A stretch of DNA of 60,700 nt, the filler included, from Catajapyx aquilonaris (Eukaryota): the NCBI GenBank assembly GCA_000934665.2. It is 4 parts of 4 records of this genome, joined end to end, with 100 filler letters (N's around TTAATTAATTAA, not from the genome) between each part and the next. Parts side by side here need not be neighbours in the genome. Positions count along the whole stretch, not along the records: positions 30,403 to 45,498 come from JYFJ02007606.1; positions 45,599 to 60,700 come from JYFJ02007607.1; 2 more parts are not named here. One strand, written 5' to 3'. Shown here piece by piece: positions 33,501-48,500 of this stretch; positions within the stretch are counted from its first letter, which is position 1; each line of letters begins with the position of its first letter. The translations under genes and the position numbers were made by a program. The notes below the pieces were generated by a model. That model did no database searches, was not told the origin of the DNA, and saw nothing but the letters and a program-made list of their open reading frames with translations.

Positions 33501-36500
33501 ATGGACTACAACACAGCATATAAGAGAAGTTATCTGTGGCTTTCAGTACACCATGACATCATGTGCTCCCCTCACCAAATAAAGAGGTCCAAAACGATGT
33601 TTGTGTAATTTCAAACAACAGAATTTTTGCGACAAGAAAATCCAGACACAAACGAAACATGTCAGCAATGAACCTAAGCATCCATAAAGAAAACGCAGAG
33701 TTCACTTTTATAATTGTCATTTGTCAGACACATGACACAGTGCTTGTGACATGATAGCAGTGGTCACAATGTGCCAGAAATAACACTATGTTTTATGCCT
33801 ATGTTAAGTTACGTTAACTATAACTATAACACTCCATCGTACAATTCAGGACCTTATGGCCTATACCCAATAAGAGAAGATTTTCTTGCCTAATTTGACT
33901 GTAATCTGAAAATTATTATTATTTATGGAACCAATGCCGATGCTACCCCAATGTCACCACCAAATCAGAGGCTCGGCATACCTATGTAGTTCCACTCCAA
34001 CCAGAGGAACTTAACAAAGTTCTTCCAGCATATAGGACTTATGTACCAGTAGGTAGTATGTTCTCCGGTAGCAATGTCCAAGGTCACAAATATCAAATTA
34101 CTACGGCAACTCATCAAGAAAATGCAAAAGAAACACTGCTCTATACAATAGGGGACGACCTTCGTGACACGACCCTTTTACCTCTTGCTATTATCACGGA
34201 ATGTTACTTGCGAAATAGCATCCAATATCAATCAAGCAATCGATATTGCCGCCCAACAAGAGCAACTCGAGAAAACATTGACAGAAAATCATCCTCATTA
34301 AGACATAATATGGACGAACTCCACCTTCCACTCAACTTGACGAGATTTTTACCCAAGAGTAGCTACAGGAGCATCTGTGCCACCGAAGCAGTGAAGATGG
34401 CAGCCCTCGCCAAAAAACACGTCGTTCAAGTCATTCCTCTCTGACGTCGGTCGTGATGACTAGATTAACCACAGCAAAAAACCAATATTTATGTATTTGA
34501 TACAATAACAATAACTCTGAATACAGTCATTGTAAAAGTCATGCTTACTCCAAATATGGCCCATGTGAAACCATACTCCTACACACTTACCCTACATCGA
34601 AGGGAAGTTGGACTAATGCACTTACAACTATAATTATAGTAATTATGTTACTCCATCCGTATTTTCTTTAATTTGACCCCACCCACCGCACCGATTGGAA
34701 ATGGAAAAGATGGAAGTAAGGTTTTCCGCCAAAATCTCATTAAGAAACTGCTATTAACCTTCCATGTAATGAACAAACCACTCAGAGTGTGAAAAAAACG
34801 TCTCCTCAAGACTATCCCAGCTAATAAAAGTGGTTTCCGAAAATACTAATACACTATAATTAGCTCACCACAATTTTTCTCAAGAAAAATCTTGTCCAAT
34901 CACAAGTTACTGAAATCAAACCTATTAAGCCACATACCAGAAGTCGCGGCATGGAATGACATAAAGTGAATATATTGTCCTAGAGACAATATAGAAAATA
35001 ATTTACAAGCCTAGGAAGGACCTAATAGCGACTAACACACTGAACAGAAGCAAAGCAAGGCCTGTCTCATGATGTGAGATAAAATATAAGACAACCCAGA
35101 TGAAACATCATATAGGATGGAAAGGAGCGAGTCCTTCTTGTGTGACTTTTAGTAAGTCTGACATTTATGAAATGTCTCGCTCCTGAATTTTAGTGGAGAG
35201 TCTAATAATTTTGTTCCACTAGAAGAAATAATACAATAATTTGTGTGGAATATTTTGAGACATTATTCTTTAATACTTTGACAGTAATTAAATATATGTG
35301 TGGCCCACTGTAATACCCACCACATTAAATTTCACAATGTTCCCCTACTAAACCATTCGGAACACTCATTCATCATGGAGAAGTCAAATCCTTGAAGTGT
35401 CACTGGTAATAATTTCGAATAAATTGGCATTTGGGATGGACAGCAGAAATTTACCTACAGTGTGACGTATAATCACATTCTGTATTTTGCTTACCCAAAA
35501 TCATTATCAGGTTTTTTTTTGGTGTCCTACGAAAGTCATTTACTCTAAAGCAAAGATTCGCCAAGAGCCGTAAGATATGAAATCACTTGCTGCCATACGT
35601 ATTTTATTCTGATGTCGACACTCGACAGTTGTAATACTTACGTACAAGAGTGTGCTAAATATAAACAAAATTGGCAAAGATGACCAAAGGCATTTGGCTT
35701 CAGCTGAAATAGATTGTTCTATAGAGACAATGTATAAAACAGTTCGCTAGATAATTCTTGTGAAACCAAGCATTAATAACTATAATCATGTGACAATAAC
35801 CAGTTGTCATGTTCAATTTTGTACATACGCATAAAGACCTGCTGCTAATATTGTTGGGGTTACTTACTGTCTCTTGGCACTGCTTCTGAATAGAGACATA
35901 ATGAGAAGACTCGAGGAAGTCCGGACTAAGCCTCATCATGTGCTCTATATGAAGCACTTTTCCTTTACCATGGACAGCCCTTCACAATGGAACTATTGGT
36001 ACTGATGGAGCATCAACAGTAATACCCATTGATCTAATATGTAAGGAGCATCAGAATTTTATTTTCCTTACTCTACTAGTACCAGATCAACGGACTGTTG
36101 CAACAAAGACCAGACAAAATCGTCAGTCTGCGAGGTAAGGGTCTGGAGAAGGCGACGAATACTTATGCAAGAGAGGGGATTGTGGTTATAATCATGACTA
36201 ACTGACAAAATCACCATAGAATGGGCACACAGATGGGGACACAAGACAGTGGTGGACGTCCATTAGACTTGGTTAAGCTATACTTACAAGGAAATGGTTA
36301 TTATCGAACATCCAGATATGTATAGAAAAATGTCTTCTCCATTTGCATCATTGAAAAGATAATACCGCTGCCAATAATACTTGTGAGATGACCTGGACCT
36401 CAACCAAACGAAATACGAGAAGATTGATAAATTTCAGGTGACCAACATTTTTTTTTTTGCAAAATGATACACATTATCTGAGGTAAGTTGCCAGCACATT

Positions 36501-39500
36501 GAAATTCCTCTCAATATGTTTCAATCTGTGACTTTTCCTTTCAGAAAAGTTTCCCGTGTAAAACACTGCCACCAGAGTACATATTGCGGAGCTCTGGTGA
36601 TTCAATTTTTCAACTGTTACCTCTTGTGATTTTAAATGACCCAAGAAATCATAAATAGAAAGGACGATAAAGTCTGCCTCTGTAAAATGATACATATGAT
36701 GTACGTAGATTGTTGGCAATACCGTTGATTGGCAATCTCCATCAAAATCTGAAGAATAATCTCCCCCCAAAAATTCACCTGTGAGGGTATTGCAGGTGAA
36801 TTAACATCACAGACAGGTGGTCCACAAGATTAGTGATAAGCTGACGGCAATGTATTTTGACGGTCAATACTCGTATATGCAGGAAATATCACCCTTGGGA
36901 AGCAACGCCACATGTTTCCTGCAAGCATCAATAGGTGCGAACAATAATGCACTAGATACCATGACATGATTGTACTGCTTGATGATTAATGATCCTTTCA
37001 TTTCATGCACCGGCACGAGTCGCATGACAACTATTTTTCCCATAGTAAATAAGTTCAGGCACATACAACTGGATGTGATCTACAATAATTGCTGCAGCCG
37101 ACCTAATGAAATAAATAAAGCTGATGAATGAATGAATGAATAATAACAATCCGACATTTGCACGTTCAAAGGCTTCTTCTGGGAATTTGCTGAAAAGAAG
37201 GAATGGCATCCAAGATGTGTGGCAACAGCTACAAGTGCACTAAATCATACTATTTTTGTGTGAATACACGACAAATTACACACTTGATAACACAGTGTGG
37301 CCAACCCTTTGAATCAGCGTACCATGCATACCACGAATATTTTGAATACAAAATAATCTGACAAGTTTAAAGAATTGGGGCCGAAACGTCTCCTGAACAT
37401 ATACCCAGACGAAAACCAGCTTTTATCATTAATTTTCAAGGCATGACATGCTACCAGCAATATATCGAGTAATTGCAAATATTATACCAGAATAAAGGCA
37501 ATAAATTAAGCCATTGACCTTAATTGGTGACGAAATATACAATACAAAGTGGCATCACTCATCTCTTAACACCCATACCAACGACATATTATCTTTCCGT
37601 TCTATCAAATCACATAGAGACAAACTTGAAGCAAACTACTGATGACGCCTTTCATAAACGCTACCGTTAACAGCGATGATTACAACGAACACTAGCGGAA
37701 GGAGAGCCAATACTCCAGCGCCAACAGCAGCAGTCAACCCTCAATTACTCAGCATATGTGAAATACACGCTGGCCACCAAGCGTAGAGCGAAAATGACAA
37801 GCTGTTAAGATCAGTAATCAAACAGCCCAATTGAATAAAAGCCCTATACGTATTGTTGAAGCAAATGCCTGTTTGTTGGGACATTGTGTATATGCTGGAC
37901 GTACAGACAGGCATTTGACTGTGGTATGCTACCAAACTCACATTGATTACCTTCGAAATCACTACCAAAACAATTTCTCAACTTCCTATCGTACACTCCA
38001 AAGTTGTCTCTTTAAATGTTAATGCACCAGGACAGTATTAGAAAGTTTTTTTTTTTGCTGCCATCTTGTGCCACACTTGACCGGGAACCGGGCCTAGTTA
38101 GTGTAAGTGGGCACTTGTGCTTCTTGACCTATCTAGCGACCATGTGAGTACATTTTGAGGGGGATATGGGGTTCAGTCGTGCTCGGGATTCACGCTTACT
38201 CCCACAACACGCATATTCCTATATACCCTCAACAATAACTCACGTAACAATATAAACATATCAATATCAATATCAACCTACTTTTCAGCCATCATACTAA
38301 AATGACACCGATTTCCTACCATCCATCATACAATTTGTACCAGTACTGTAGATGTCTCGCGACTCTTTGTTTTACACGTCCTATCGCCGTAAATTAATGC
38401 ATCCGTCAACTCGCTAACCGAAGTGCGATGCCTACCTCACATCGTGTTCGTATCGTGTAGTCATTCCACCGCAGGGAATTTCGTGAGATATGGAAATAAA
38501 CTTGCAGATACAATGAAACCAGGCATACGCCTTCATTACAACACGTTGAAAACAAAATTGATACAAAGTGACAAACATCCTCGCCCACCACACAATATGC
38601 CAGGGACAGTGAAGTCTAGAATGGTAAGTCAGAGGATGACCATTTCGATAGATTTTTGATCGACCTGATCAAGCAATTTAATGAAATATTTCTACTCTCT
38701 GAGTTATTGTCTGATACAGTACCTTTCCTCCTTGTCAACGTAGGTAACGTAAGGCATTTAACAACAGTTTATCAAGTCATTGCAGAAGATTTATCAGCAG
38801 AAGTGGGCAACACCATGGGGGAGATGTTACCCAACATGGCAGACGTCAAGTGTGCATAATCTAAACATTAACTAGATGACCTGAAGAAGTAGCAAGAACA
38901 TTTTGAAGAGGCCTGAGGCCGGTGAAAGAAAGGCGTCACACAGAGACAATATGACGACACTTTTTAAATATAAAATTATGTTGACAAACTTCCTCTCCCC
39001 CACCAACCAGTTGCCTTCCATATTCACACAAACATATTGCTAAGCATCAAAGGTAATGTAATCAGCAATGCTGAAACAAATACAATAACACAACAACTAC
39101 AGAAATTGCCAAGGTTTTTCGTGTGTAATTAAGAAAGCTTGACGAGTGAACTGAACTGACTCTTCTCAAAATGTTCGGAGTGACTATACAGGAAGAGCTT
39201 CAAAACTTAATGCATTTCTAGTCTACTGTGACGGATGGCCAGAAAATTTTTCCATGTTAATGACATGCACAGCACCAATTATTTGGTCCCCCCATTGGCG
39301 TACAACGAGAGCAAATTAGCAACATTAAGTCCTTTGCGATGAAAAAAACAATGAGGTTCAGACCGGGCATTACGTATGGGGACATAGGAGTGGAATGGGT
39401 GACCTGATGCCCCAAGAGATAACGACGATTGCAGATGACTATATCCACACTATATTTTCTTGCTATTTCATTTCCAGCTTAGGATTAAAAACTATCTGAC

Positions 39501-40262
39501 AGCAAACTGTGCAGCCATATCATTTCCACTGAATGTATATGCCACCAGGAATTTAAAGAAAAATGATTCAGGATTACTAATCTAGCTATCAACTGTCACC
39601 ATCAATGTGGCAATATCGCACGAACCAATAGGATTTTTGCTCACTTCCCGGCAAATTACGGATAATTAAGGCACATAGAAATTTGCTTAAATAATAAATC
39701 ACATTTTAATACATTTGCCTGTAGATGTTGACTACTCAGAGAAGACTGTTGTGAACGGATATCAAACGTGGCTGTCAATTGAGTGATTCCAGTGCGACCA
39801 CTAAACCAGTTCTGATGAAAATGTGGAAGTAAGCTATGTGTTTTCCATTACATATCACAGCAATCGACAGTGAATTTTCGTCTTGTACATTACACACAGC
39901 TGGATAAACACGGTCCCGAATACTCAACTTCTGATTTGCTTGTTTGTTAACGTGAGATGGAACCAAAGGAAACTATTGGTAGCCTATAAATTTGTTAACA
40001 AAACATTTCCCAATAAACCTCACCAGTGAGATGCTACACCTCGTCTAGATGAATACCAGCTTATCTTTATGCTTGTAGACACCTTTCTTATTCAGGCAAG
40101 AAACAATATAATCCACTAGTCCTCATGGGTCAAAAAGAACACATCGTGTCGTCTATGTTATGTCACACTTGAGTTGTCCCATAACTATACTAATATCTAC
40201 CCGTACAGTTTCATACTAATTATAATAATATTCCTGAATAAAATTTGAAAGCAGGCAACACA

Positions 40263-40770
40263 TGGAATCGTATCATCTGGATGGACGAGAAGGTGTTCCT
40301 GTCGTCTGCAGATGGGCATTGCCATGTGTGGCGGCCGGACGACAAGCGGCTGGATCCGTGCTACACTCTGCCTCACGAACGATCTGGTAGAATCACCATC
40401 GGTTTCTGGGGGTGGAGTTGGTGAACTGGTCGAGGTTTCACCTTGAATGAACTTCACATAATATGTGGCCATCCTGGAGGAGTGAATGCTGCCGTCAGTT
40501 CGGACCCTCTACCTCGAGGAGGTCATGCCCACAATCCAGCTCGTTCAGGACAACGAACAGCTCCGTCCACACCGCACGAGAGAAGACCGCCTTGCAGGAC
40601 AAGGACAACAAAATTGACGGTATACCCTGGCCTCCGAAGTCACCGTACCTCAACTGCATTGAGAACATCTGGGGCCTGATGGTGCGGCAGTGGGATTCGG
40701 GTCGACATGTCTACCAAGTCTGGGAGTCTCTCAGGGGGAGCCTAGAAGTATGCCAAAATATCGTGGCCAT
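40263..40770 (+). pseudogene. Tc1-like DD34E transposase remnant
   Basis: WNRIIWMDEK..HVWR..SGRITIGFWG, LVQDN and WPPKSPYLNCIENIWG, with stops and frameshifts. Confidence 0.88.
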
Positions 40771-43700
40771 CGACTCTTCCAAAAAAACAAATCTTGATGC
40801 ATTTTATAGGACCTCTCACATCATCAAGTGGAAACTAACAGATGTTAATCACAACATACACTTGTGTCATATGAATTCCTTCTTTATTTGACCACACAGC
40901 ATAGACTATCGCAGAAAAACTCGCGTATCACGACATTTTCTGTGAAATCCTGACTGATAAAGTTAAAAGTTTTACTTCAAATTGATTAATATTTTACAAC
41001 TTGATAGTTGTAAAAGCCCTACAAAATAATAAGCCCTTCCCACTCGTCTGGGAACAGACGTGTAGAACGTATCAACAGGACATATTTATTGTCAAAAAAA
41101 ACGTCACCCAACGCCTTGTTTCATAGCTTTAGTCCTCTTACCACACATAATGCTTTCCTGGAACAAAAAATGAATTCATGCCAGTAATTTCCCATCAAGA
41201 AACATCAATGTCGGTAATCTAGTATTTATTAACAGGGCCAGGTCTCAGCAGGAAGTTCCACGAAGACTCGGGTGGTCCTCCTTACTGTGGGTTAACAAAA
41301 GAAGCCATGTCGTTTTTGAGGTTCAAAAACCAGGCCAGTGTAAACTCTTCAAAATATCGCGAGACCAAAATTAATAAAAATACATCCCGCCGTACCTTTC
41401 CCCAACATCAAAACCCCTTTGCTTCCAACTCATTCACAACTAATCACACTTCGTCAAACGACCTATCCAGCAGACTTCTATATAATGACCTATTACAGGC
41501 ATTATTGATATTACATACACAGCTCCTTAAACAGCTTATGGTTGCCTTAACATGTTAGTTCCGGAATTTATTTTAGATCAGGAATAAAAATAAGCATTCC
41601 ACCAGCCACCATTACAACCTCATAATTCTCGCATAGTTCCTCCATTGAACCTGAAGGATGGAAAAAAGGACTGTACTACATACGCCTACAGTTAAGTGGG
41701 ACAAGAACAAATCAACGCCTAAGTCACATACATTGACCATAATTCAATGTCATATTAGTATATTACTTAGCCCTGACTCTTAGGAACATGTTCAGGAATC
41801 TGCGACCCAGTTAGCAACCTGACGTTTTAAGTATAGTTTATGAGCACTTCAGAATATATCGCCCATGGAGTGAACCATCTTGTACAAAAGCTCTACTCAT
41901 TTGTTAGTATCCTGCTTGTTCAAGCGAAAAACCAACCCGAAGAAGTCTCAACACACAGTGAAAGAAGGTTGGACATCCTCGACCCATATGCACTACACAT
42001 TCAGGGGTTACCACATGAGTGAGGTAAGTTCTCATATTACATGTACTGTTGTAAAATGGACGATGGAGAGGCTACAGCATGATTTGAATCGGAATACCAT
42101 TTCTGTAAGGCTACCAACATCCCTGGTAAAAGTCTGCAGTTCCACTTCAGATTTGACTGATTTATAACCCTGCACATCCCCTTGCACTGGGGTGGCAAGC
42201 CGTATATTTATCTAGGTGTAAACAAAGGGCAGCTTGAAAAGTATGGTTGCTTGGTGCTTTTGGAGTTTGTCATTTTCCCCCAAGAGGAAGATACTCCACA
42301 CTCCTTGTGTTAGGCTGTTCCTAAGCTCGTAAACAGAACAAAGTCACCAATTTTTGAACCCCATTGGTCCGTGTTTTCTCGCTCATATTAAAAAGTCATG
42401 AATTCGCCTGAGAACTCTTGGTCGCAGATGCTCGGATATATACACATCTTCACATCGATGAAATAAACAAGGTGTCACCAATAACATACTGTAATATCAT
42501 ACGATCAGGTGAGCAAGGCTTACTGTATGCCACACCACGACGAAAATTATTGTTGTTGTATCCATATATAATAATGTAAAAGCTCGTATGTGAAGGAGTA
42601 GGAAAGGATAAAAGAGATCTCATCATTATTATTACGAAGCAGATATCCGTTCGCTGTTGTTCTGTGGCATCGATTGTATGAACAGCCATATAGTGTATAT
42701 GAGCCATGTATGAGCAGTTAAGTATATTACAATATACATTTAATACATACCCAAGAACATTCACACACTTGCATAAAACATATTGTCAAATGTTTAACTG
42801 GCATTCCACCACGGATTATATCCCTATATTGATAAGAAGAAAAGTAAGGTCATATGGTTGGTATGTAAATACATTAATACCAAAATGTTAAGAAGAATAA
42901 TAACCTTTTCAACCTGAATGGTCTCTGTTGTAGATATTCTCATCTGAATAAATTGTGCGACAAAGCATGAAGCTCACAGTGTCTGGCATTGCTGATGTCA
43001 CCATACTGATTTTAACACTGAAGAAATATACAGTACATGATCAATTTCTTGACTACTTGGTGAACAAAAAACTGTTGGTATCTGCTCCCGTCCTATTTGG
43101 CCAACTGTAAATCTTCGGCAATGCTATGGGCCATGAAGGGGTACAACTAAGAGGCGACAGCCAGCCTCAGCAGATAAGGACAGAATGTGACAGACAATTA
43201 TTACGAAAAAGTGGCACTCCTCTCCACGAAGAAAGCATGTCCGATGTCCCATACAGACGTTCAGTGTCGATTACTTGTAAAATACTGAAACTTGATAATG
43301 GCCTGGCTTGATTGTCATAGCAATAAAAAGGACCATTTAATTTATCCAAACTGTGAAATGACCAGAGGAACTGAGGAATCACGCTCAAAAGAGGAACCAA
43401 AAGAAGCCGAGGGGAAGCATCTTGTCTGTTGCTACCAAGAGTCGTCTTGAGCTCACGTCAGTGGTTATTGAAAGCTAATGGAAGATACAAATGTGGAATA
43501 TATGGATATAAAAACAGAGAGAAAAAATTGAGTCAACACTGTTGTTGTCTCTTGTCTACTTTCAAATAATGTGTAACCCTGTCAGCAGGTTAAAAAATTG
43601 TAAGCCTATCCTTGAATGCCCGAGGGCATGTGGAAGATTTCCAAAATTCAATTAAATATTAGCGTCAGATGGTATTTTGGACCATTGGCTAATCTTGCAA

Positions 43701-45396
43701 AAAATATTGAACAGGCTTTACATTAATTTTTCTCCAGGTTGGTGACAAAACACGCACGAAAATACCCAATTTAAAACGACACGACACGACCATAACAATG
43801 CAGGAACACCAGATGCAACACACCGATCAGATATTTTAAAAAAACGACGGCATTTGGCATAGTGTTGTATTGGAACAATGATTTTGTTTCAAGGCTATCT
43901 CCAATAGCTATCATTTTCACACGGTAATCAAGGGTTATACTGTATAACAACACTTCAAACATTGCTTCACTTGGTATATCAAATGCACTCGAAAATAGTG
44001 CTAATGCTCAAACTAGATGGTAGCTGTTACTCGGCAAGTACCACAATATATTGTGATGAACGGCACAAAATACCAGAAGCTGAGGTTATCTAATCTTACG
44101 AATGACACTGACTCATGATACATGCAATAGGTATTGACATGGATTAGACCTCGATTAGGGATATGTGGTGGGCAGTTTTAGAGCAAAAGGCATGGCATCT
44201 ACAAGGGCACGACACGTCAACTTGTCTGGCCCTTTGAAGAACGTCATTACAAAAATAATTATATTCCCATCTCACGTTGAAAGAGGGAAAATTCTTGAGA
44301 CAATACGCATAACTATTTGCGAAGAGATCTCAAATACAGACTTGCCTTAAATCATTACCATCTGGCTTCTGCACAGTTCTAAAGAGATGTATGGTGTGAA
44401 AGAGGCTGTAACTAGCCAAGATTTGTGCAGCTCGTTTACGAATGGCTACGACGCGACAATGTGAGGACAGCAACCACGAGAGGACAAGCTCACCATAGAC
44501 TGAGATTCTCATCACGACAAAGTGGCAGTTCAATCTGTACGAGTAGACAACATGACAAGAAACGATTCCACGCCCCAAGCAGACGCTTAATGTCTTTATT
44601 ACCTGCGATTATTGAAACTTGATAAAGCCTTCCATGATTGTAATCGCCATAAATAGGTCCATGTGATTCTGAAAGAAACAGAAAAACTGACTGAAATGAT
44701 TCTCATAAGATGGCAGAGACCGTAAGGACGTCCTTTGCCTGGTGCCATCAAGAGTCGCGCTGGACTCAGCGGAGTTTCCCAGCTAATATGTTTCTGACTG
44801 ATGGTGTATTGGAAGCCACAAGAAGACACAAAGATGGGACAGACGGAGGCAAACACAAAGAGAAAAATATAAGGCAGGAAAGACTGACCCCTATCCCAAA
44901 AAGTACATTTCCAGCTTGGGCGATCTGCAACTGCTAGCGAAACTACAAGGAACGAAGTTTCCGCCGATGTACCTCTTTAGATTCCTCAATCAAAAATCAT
45001 ATTTCGGATAAGTCATACGTCCGTGCAGGTACAGAATGACATTTCTCATGTGAATGTGCATGGAAACCAATGATTTTTTTTTACTCCTCACTTTCTTTCT
45101 CTTCTCAACATGATATAGTTCAATAATACGATAATTCCAGTAACAATTCAATCATCACTCTATATTCATTGGCGCAATAAAATTGCACCCTTACATGCAG
45201 CAGAGCATGTACCAGCATTGCCAAAATTCAATCAATTATGTGTGCACTCAAACTGCAGCAGCATCTCTCTAGTGTGTCCATGCAGACGACTAATACTAGT
45301 CGTAGAAGTGCGCTTACACCGGCTTACACTTTCTAACACCTCGGTTCCACAGCTATTCACATAGCAACATGACCATTTCATATTATCTTCTGCGTG

Positions 45397-45498
45397 ATAT
45401 TCAGGTACGAGGAAAACTGGTTGAGCAGGTCAGCCAGTTTGTATACCTGGGCAGTGTCCTTGAGAGTAATGGCAGAATTGATGGGGAAATAGACAGGA
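45397..45498 (+). pseudogene. 5'-truncated LINE (RTE-like) reverse-transcriptase C-terminal fragment
   Basis: VEQVSQFVYLGSVLESNGRIDGEIDR contains the EqV..F.YLGS motif; cut by the gap. Confidence 0.75.
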
Positions 45499-45598
45499 NN
45501 NNNNNNNNNNNNNNNNNNNNNNNNNNNNNNNNNNNNNNNNNNTTAATTAATTAANNNNNNNNNNNNNNNNNNNNNNNNNNNNNNNNNNNNNNNNNNNN
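45499..45598. other. Artificial contig spacer
   Basis: N44-TTAATTAATTAA-N44. Confidence 0.98.
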
Positions 45599-48500
45599 AG
45601 CTGCGCCTCTGGCGGCCAGACCTTACATCACACTCACACCCCGCTAGAGGGAAAACGGCCGCAGTTTTGCCACCATACCCTGTTTATCCATCTTGGGCAT
45701 AGGAATGTAATGACCAAGATTTGTGAGGGGAGATAAATTGAATTCCACAAGGCTTTGTTTCGATGCGGTAAGTTCTAAAATTTCACAGTTTCTGCGGATC
45801 CGGATGGAGAATGAATTAAAAATACTGCTTTAATCCTCTTTACCAATCAAAAGCTTGCCTTCTAAATAGTGCCTGCAGACTTCACTTACAGCTCTAAAAC
45901 TGCGAGGACTGTAGCAAAGCCAATTACGGTGCATTCACTCCGAGTACTGCACCGCAAACCTTCTCAAATATTAACAATAGAAGATCCCTCCTACCCAACA
46001 TACATTGTGTTACAAAATTTCCGTTTTTACATGCTGGACATTACTTGGCCGGATCCATTCGATTCAATTTCGACTCATAATCATGCAGGCATTATAATGA
46101 CCATGCTCAGTATTCACTTTTGTTCTCACTCACAAAGAGCATTATATCATATTAGAAAAGAACGCATTGGACATTTTTCTCTGCAAAATATCCCAATATG
46201 ATTATACTTTTTTTCAATAAAAAATCTCCATGCCACCAGAATTATCTTTCGCATAAAATACAGGCAAAAATGTAATTACGACCGAGTCAGATGGAATGCG
46301 ATTAGGTTTGGGCGATCGGCGCAAGCTGGTTGAATATATAGGCACGTCCTTCTCCATGTCCCGCCATTTTATATGATTCTGCCAAACCGGGAGCTACATG
46401 AATCTCCCGTGACATAACACAACGAATAAAAGGGGGGGATACGGCCCGTTAATTTGCATCTTATTGTTGCGCGCGGACGTATGAAAGCTTGTTATTCAAT
46501 AACAGCTGTGACATAAACAATGCGACCCCCGCTCCGACAAAATGCGAGGTGAATATAGCGCATTTTCATAGCAATCGTAATCCCTATAGAAGCAGGAGAA
46601 AAACCGCTCAAATTCACCGGCCGGGGTTTTGTGTTGGTTTTTCACTTTATTTTAGGCGGCAACCCTTGCTTCAAAGGGAGGGAGACCTGACGTTTAGGAA
46701 ACAATTATGGTAAAAATTCTGGCCGTGTCCCGACACCAACATGAACGCGGTGTTATATCCCTGGAAAAAAATCATGGTCCGCAGGTGGCCATCACTGGAA
46801 ACTCGGGTCGGGGAAACGGGGCAACTAACTTTTGCCGTTAAATCCCAACATCGGGGCCGGCGAGATGAGGCGATAAAAGAGCTTCTTCCAAGTGCTACGA
46901 CAGTCGATATATGGCCGCATGACAGCCCATTGTTGGTTGGTTGGTAGGAAGGGTTACCCAGCTTGTATGGCTCTGTCTGAGTCGAGATGACAGCCCATAT
47001 CGTCAGATGACAGCCCATAGTAACGGACTAGACCAGATCCCCCAGCGACATCCCAGCCAGCAATGTTATTTTCAGCAACACGTGAAACTGCCCGATGGGA
47101 AGAAAACGGCCGGTCGTGATTGGTCCATGTGGCGCATGCGCAAGTGGCTGTGACAGCGTTTTGTGACCAAGCCATCACTGCTATTGTTGAAAGTAGCTGC
47201 GATCAGTAGCAGTTCTCCTTGTTTTTTTTCGGCAGAGGCATGATCAGTCAGCGAATTACATGACGACAGGACCAGCGCTAATTGGCTCCTTTATCGGCCA
47301 GTTTATTCACCCATACTGTACATGCACACAGTCGCCACCAGGAACCGGCCCCCCAAAAAAAGCACATTATTCATTAGTTCGTCGACCTTCGTAGGCTGAT
47401 GCGTGGTCGCTTCCTCTTTTGGGCCATTCAGGACACCTTTTGTGATCTGCTCTTTTCATTGTGTCGGTATCGCTGTGTAGGTAATACACACGCGCACTTC
47501 TCCCCGGTTCTGTGTAATTACTTCCAAATGCTAGGTTTCGGCCTAGACTATATGCTGGTGGGGGAGTTGAGCAAGAAAAAAACTCCGGAGAATATAATAA
47601 CTGGGGCCCAATAGGGGCCACCTAGTGTGCAAAATGGCATAAACAGGAAAGCTGTTAGGGAGCTCCATTACACCCCCAAAAAAGAGAGTAATGAACATGA
47701 TGGAAGCCTGCAGTTTCTAGGAGCTAAATGGTTCTCGTTCTGAAAGGAACAGAGCCAGCTTTTGGCCATGTGATGGCAGATGCGGTTCATGGCTTGGGGC
47801 TTTGCAGTCCAAATAATTTAACGGCATCGAATTCACTGTTTCGTTGCTTGTCTTGGAAACAATTTTTTCTGAACTACACTGTATGAATGATACAGTTCTG
47901 GTCATGAGTAGTTAATTAGCTGGCCCAGTTGTGTTGAATTTTCGGATGATAAATTATGCAAGGTTTGGTAGAGAAATCACACGGAAGTCGGCCAGAATCA
48001 AAGAGCAGTTTGACTTTGTTTAAGTTGCTTGTTCCTCTCACTCGCATTGCATGTTGGATAAGTTATATGGGCTAGCCTGCGGTATAGTAGCTGGAAAAAC
48101 ATTTCGTTTATTTCCAAACGCTGGAAGGACTGTGAGCAGTTTCTGCAAAATACGATGTCCGCACGAAGTGTTCTGATTAGATATTACCTTACTCATTGCA
48201 AGTTTGCAGCCTCTCCTAAATGTATGCATGCTCATTTCTCACATCTCTTCCTTCAGCAAAATCCAAGTACCTATTTTCTTGACTCCCGTTTTTTTTATAT
48301 TCTGGCTCTCACCCATAGCCCCCTCGTTCGTTATTCCGTGTGCACAAAGCCCGAGAAGTTTTTAAGCTTCCCAAGTGCAGCAATAAAATTCTGCTCCGGA
48401 ATACGAAATCATTGCAGCCAAGATTGTATGGAACTTAAAACTTTGTTTGGGATAATGAAAGCCGCAATTAAGTGGCTATAATTGTCTGTTTTAAAAAATC

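Noticed and set aside
42920..43330. RdRp-like motif (GVQLRGDS resembling GDD)
   Set aside because: Too degenerate; motifs A and B could not be read convincingly.
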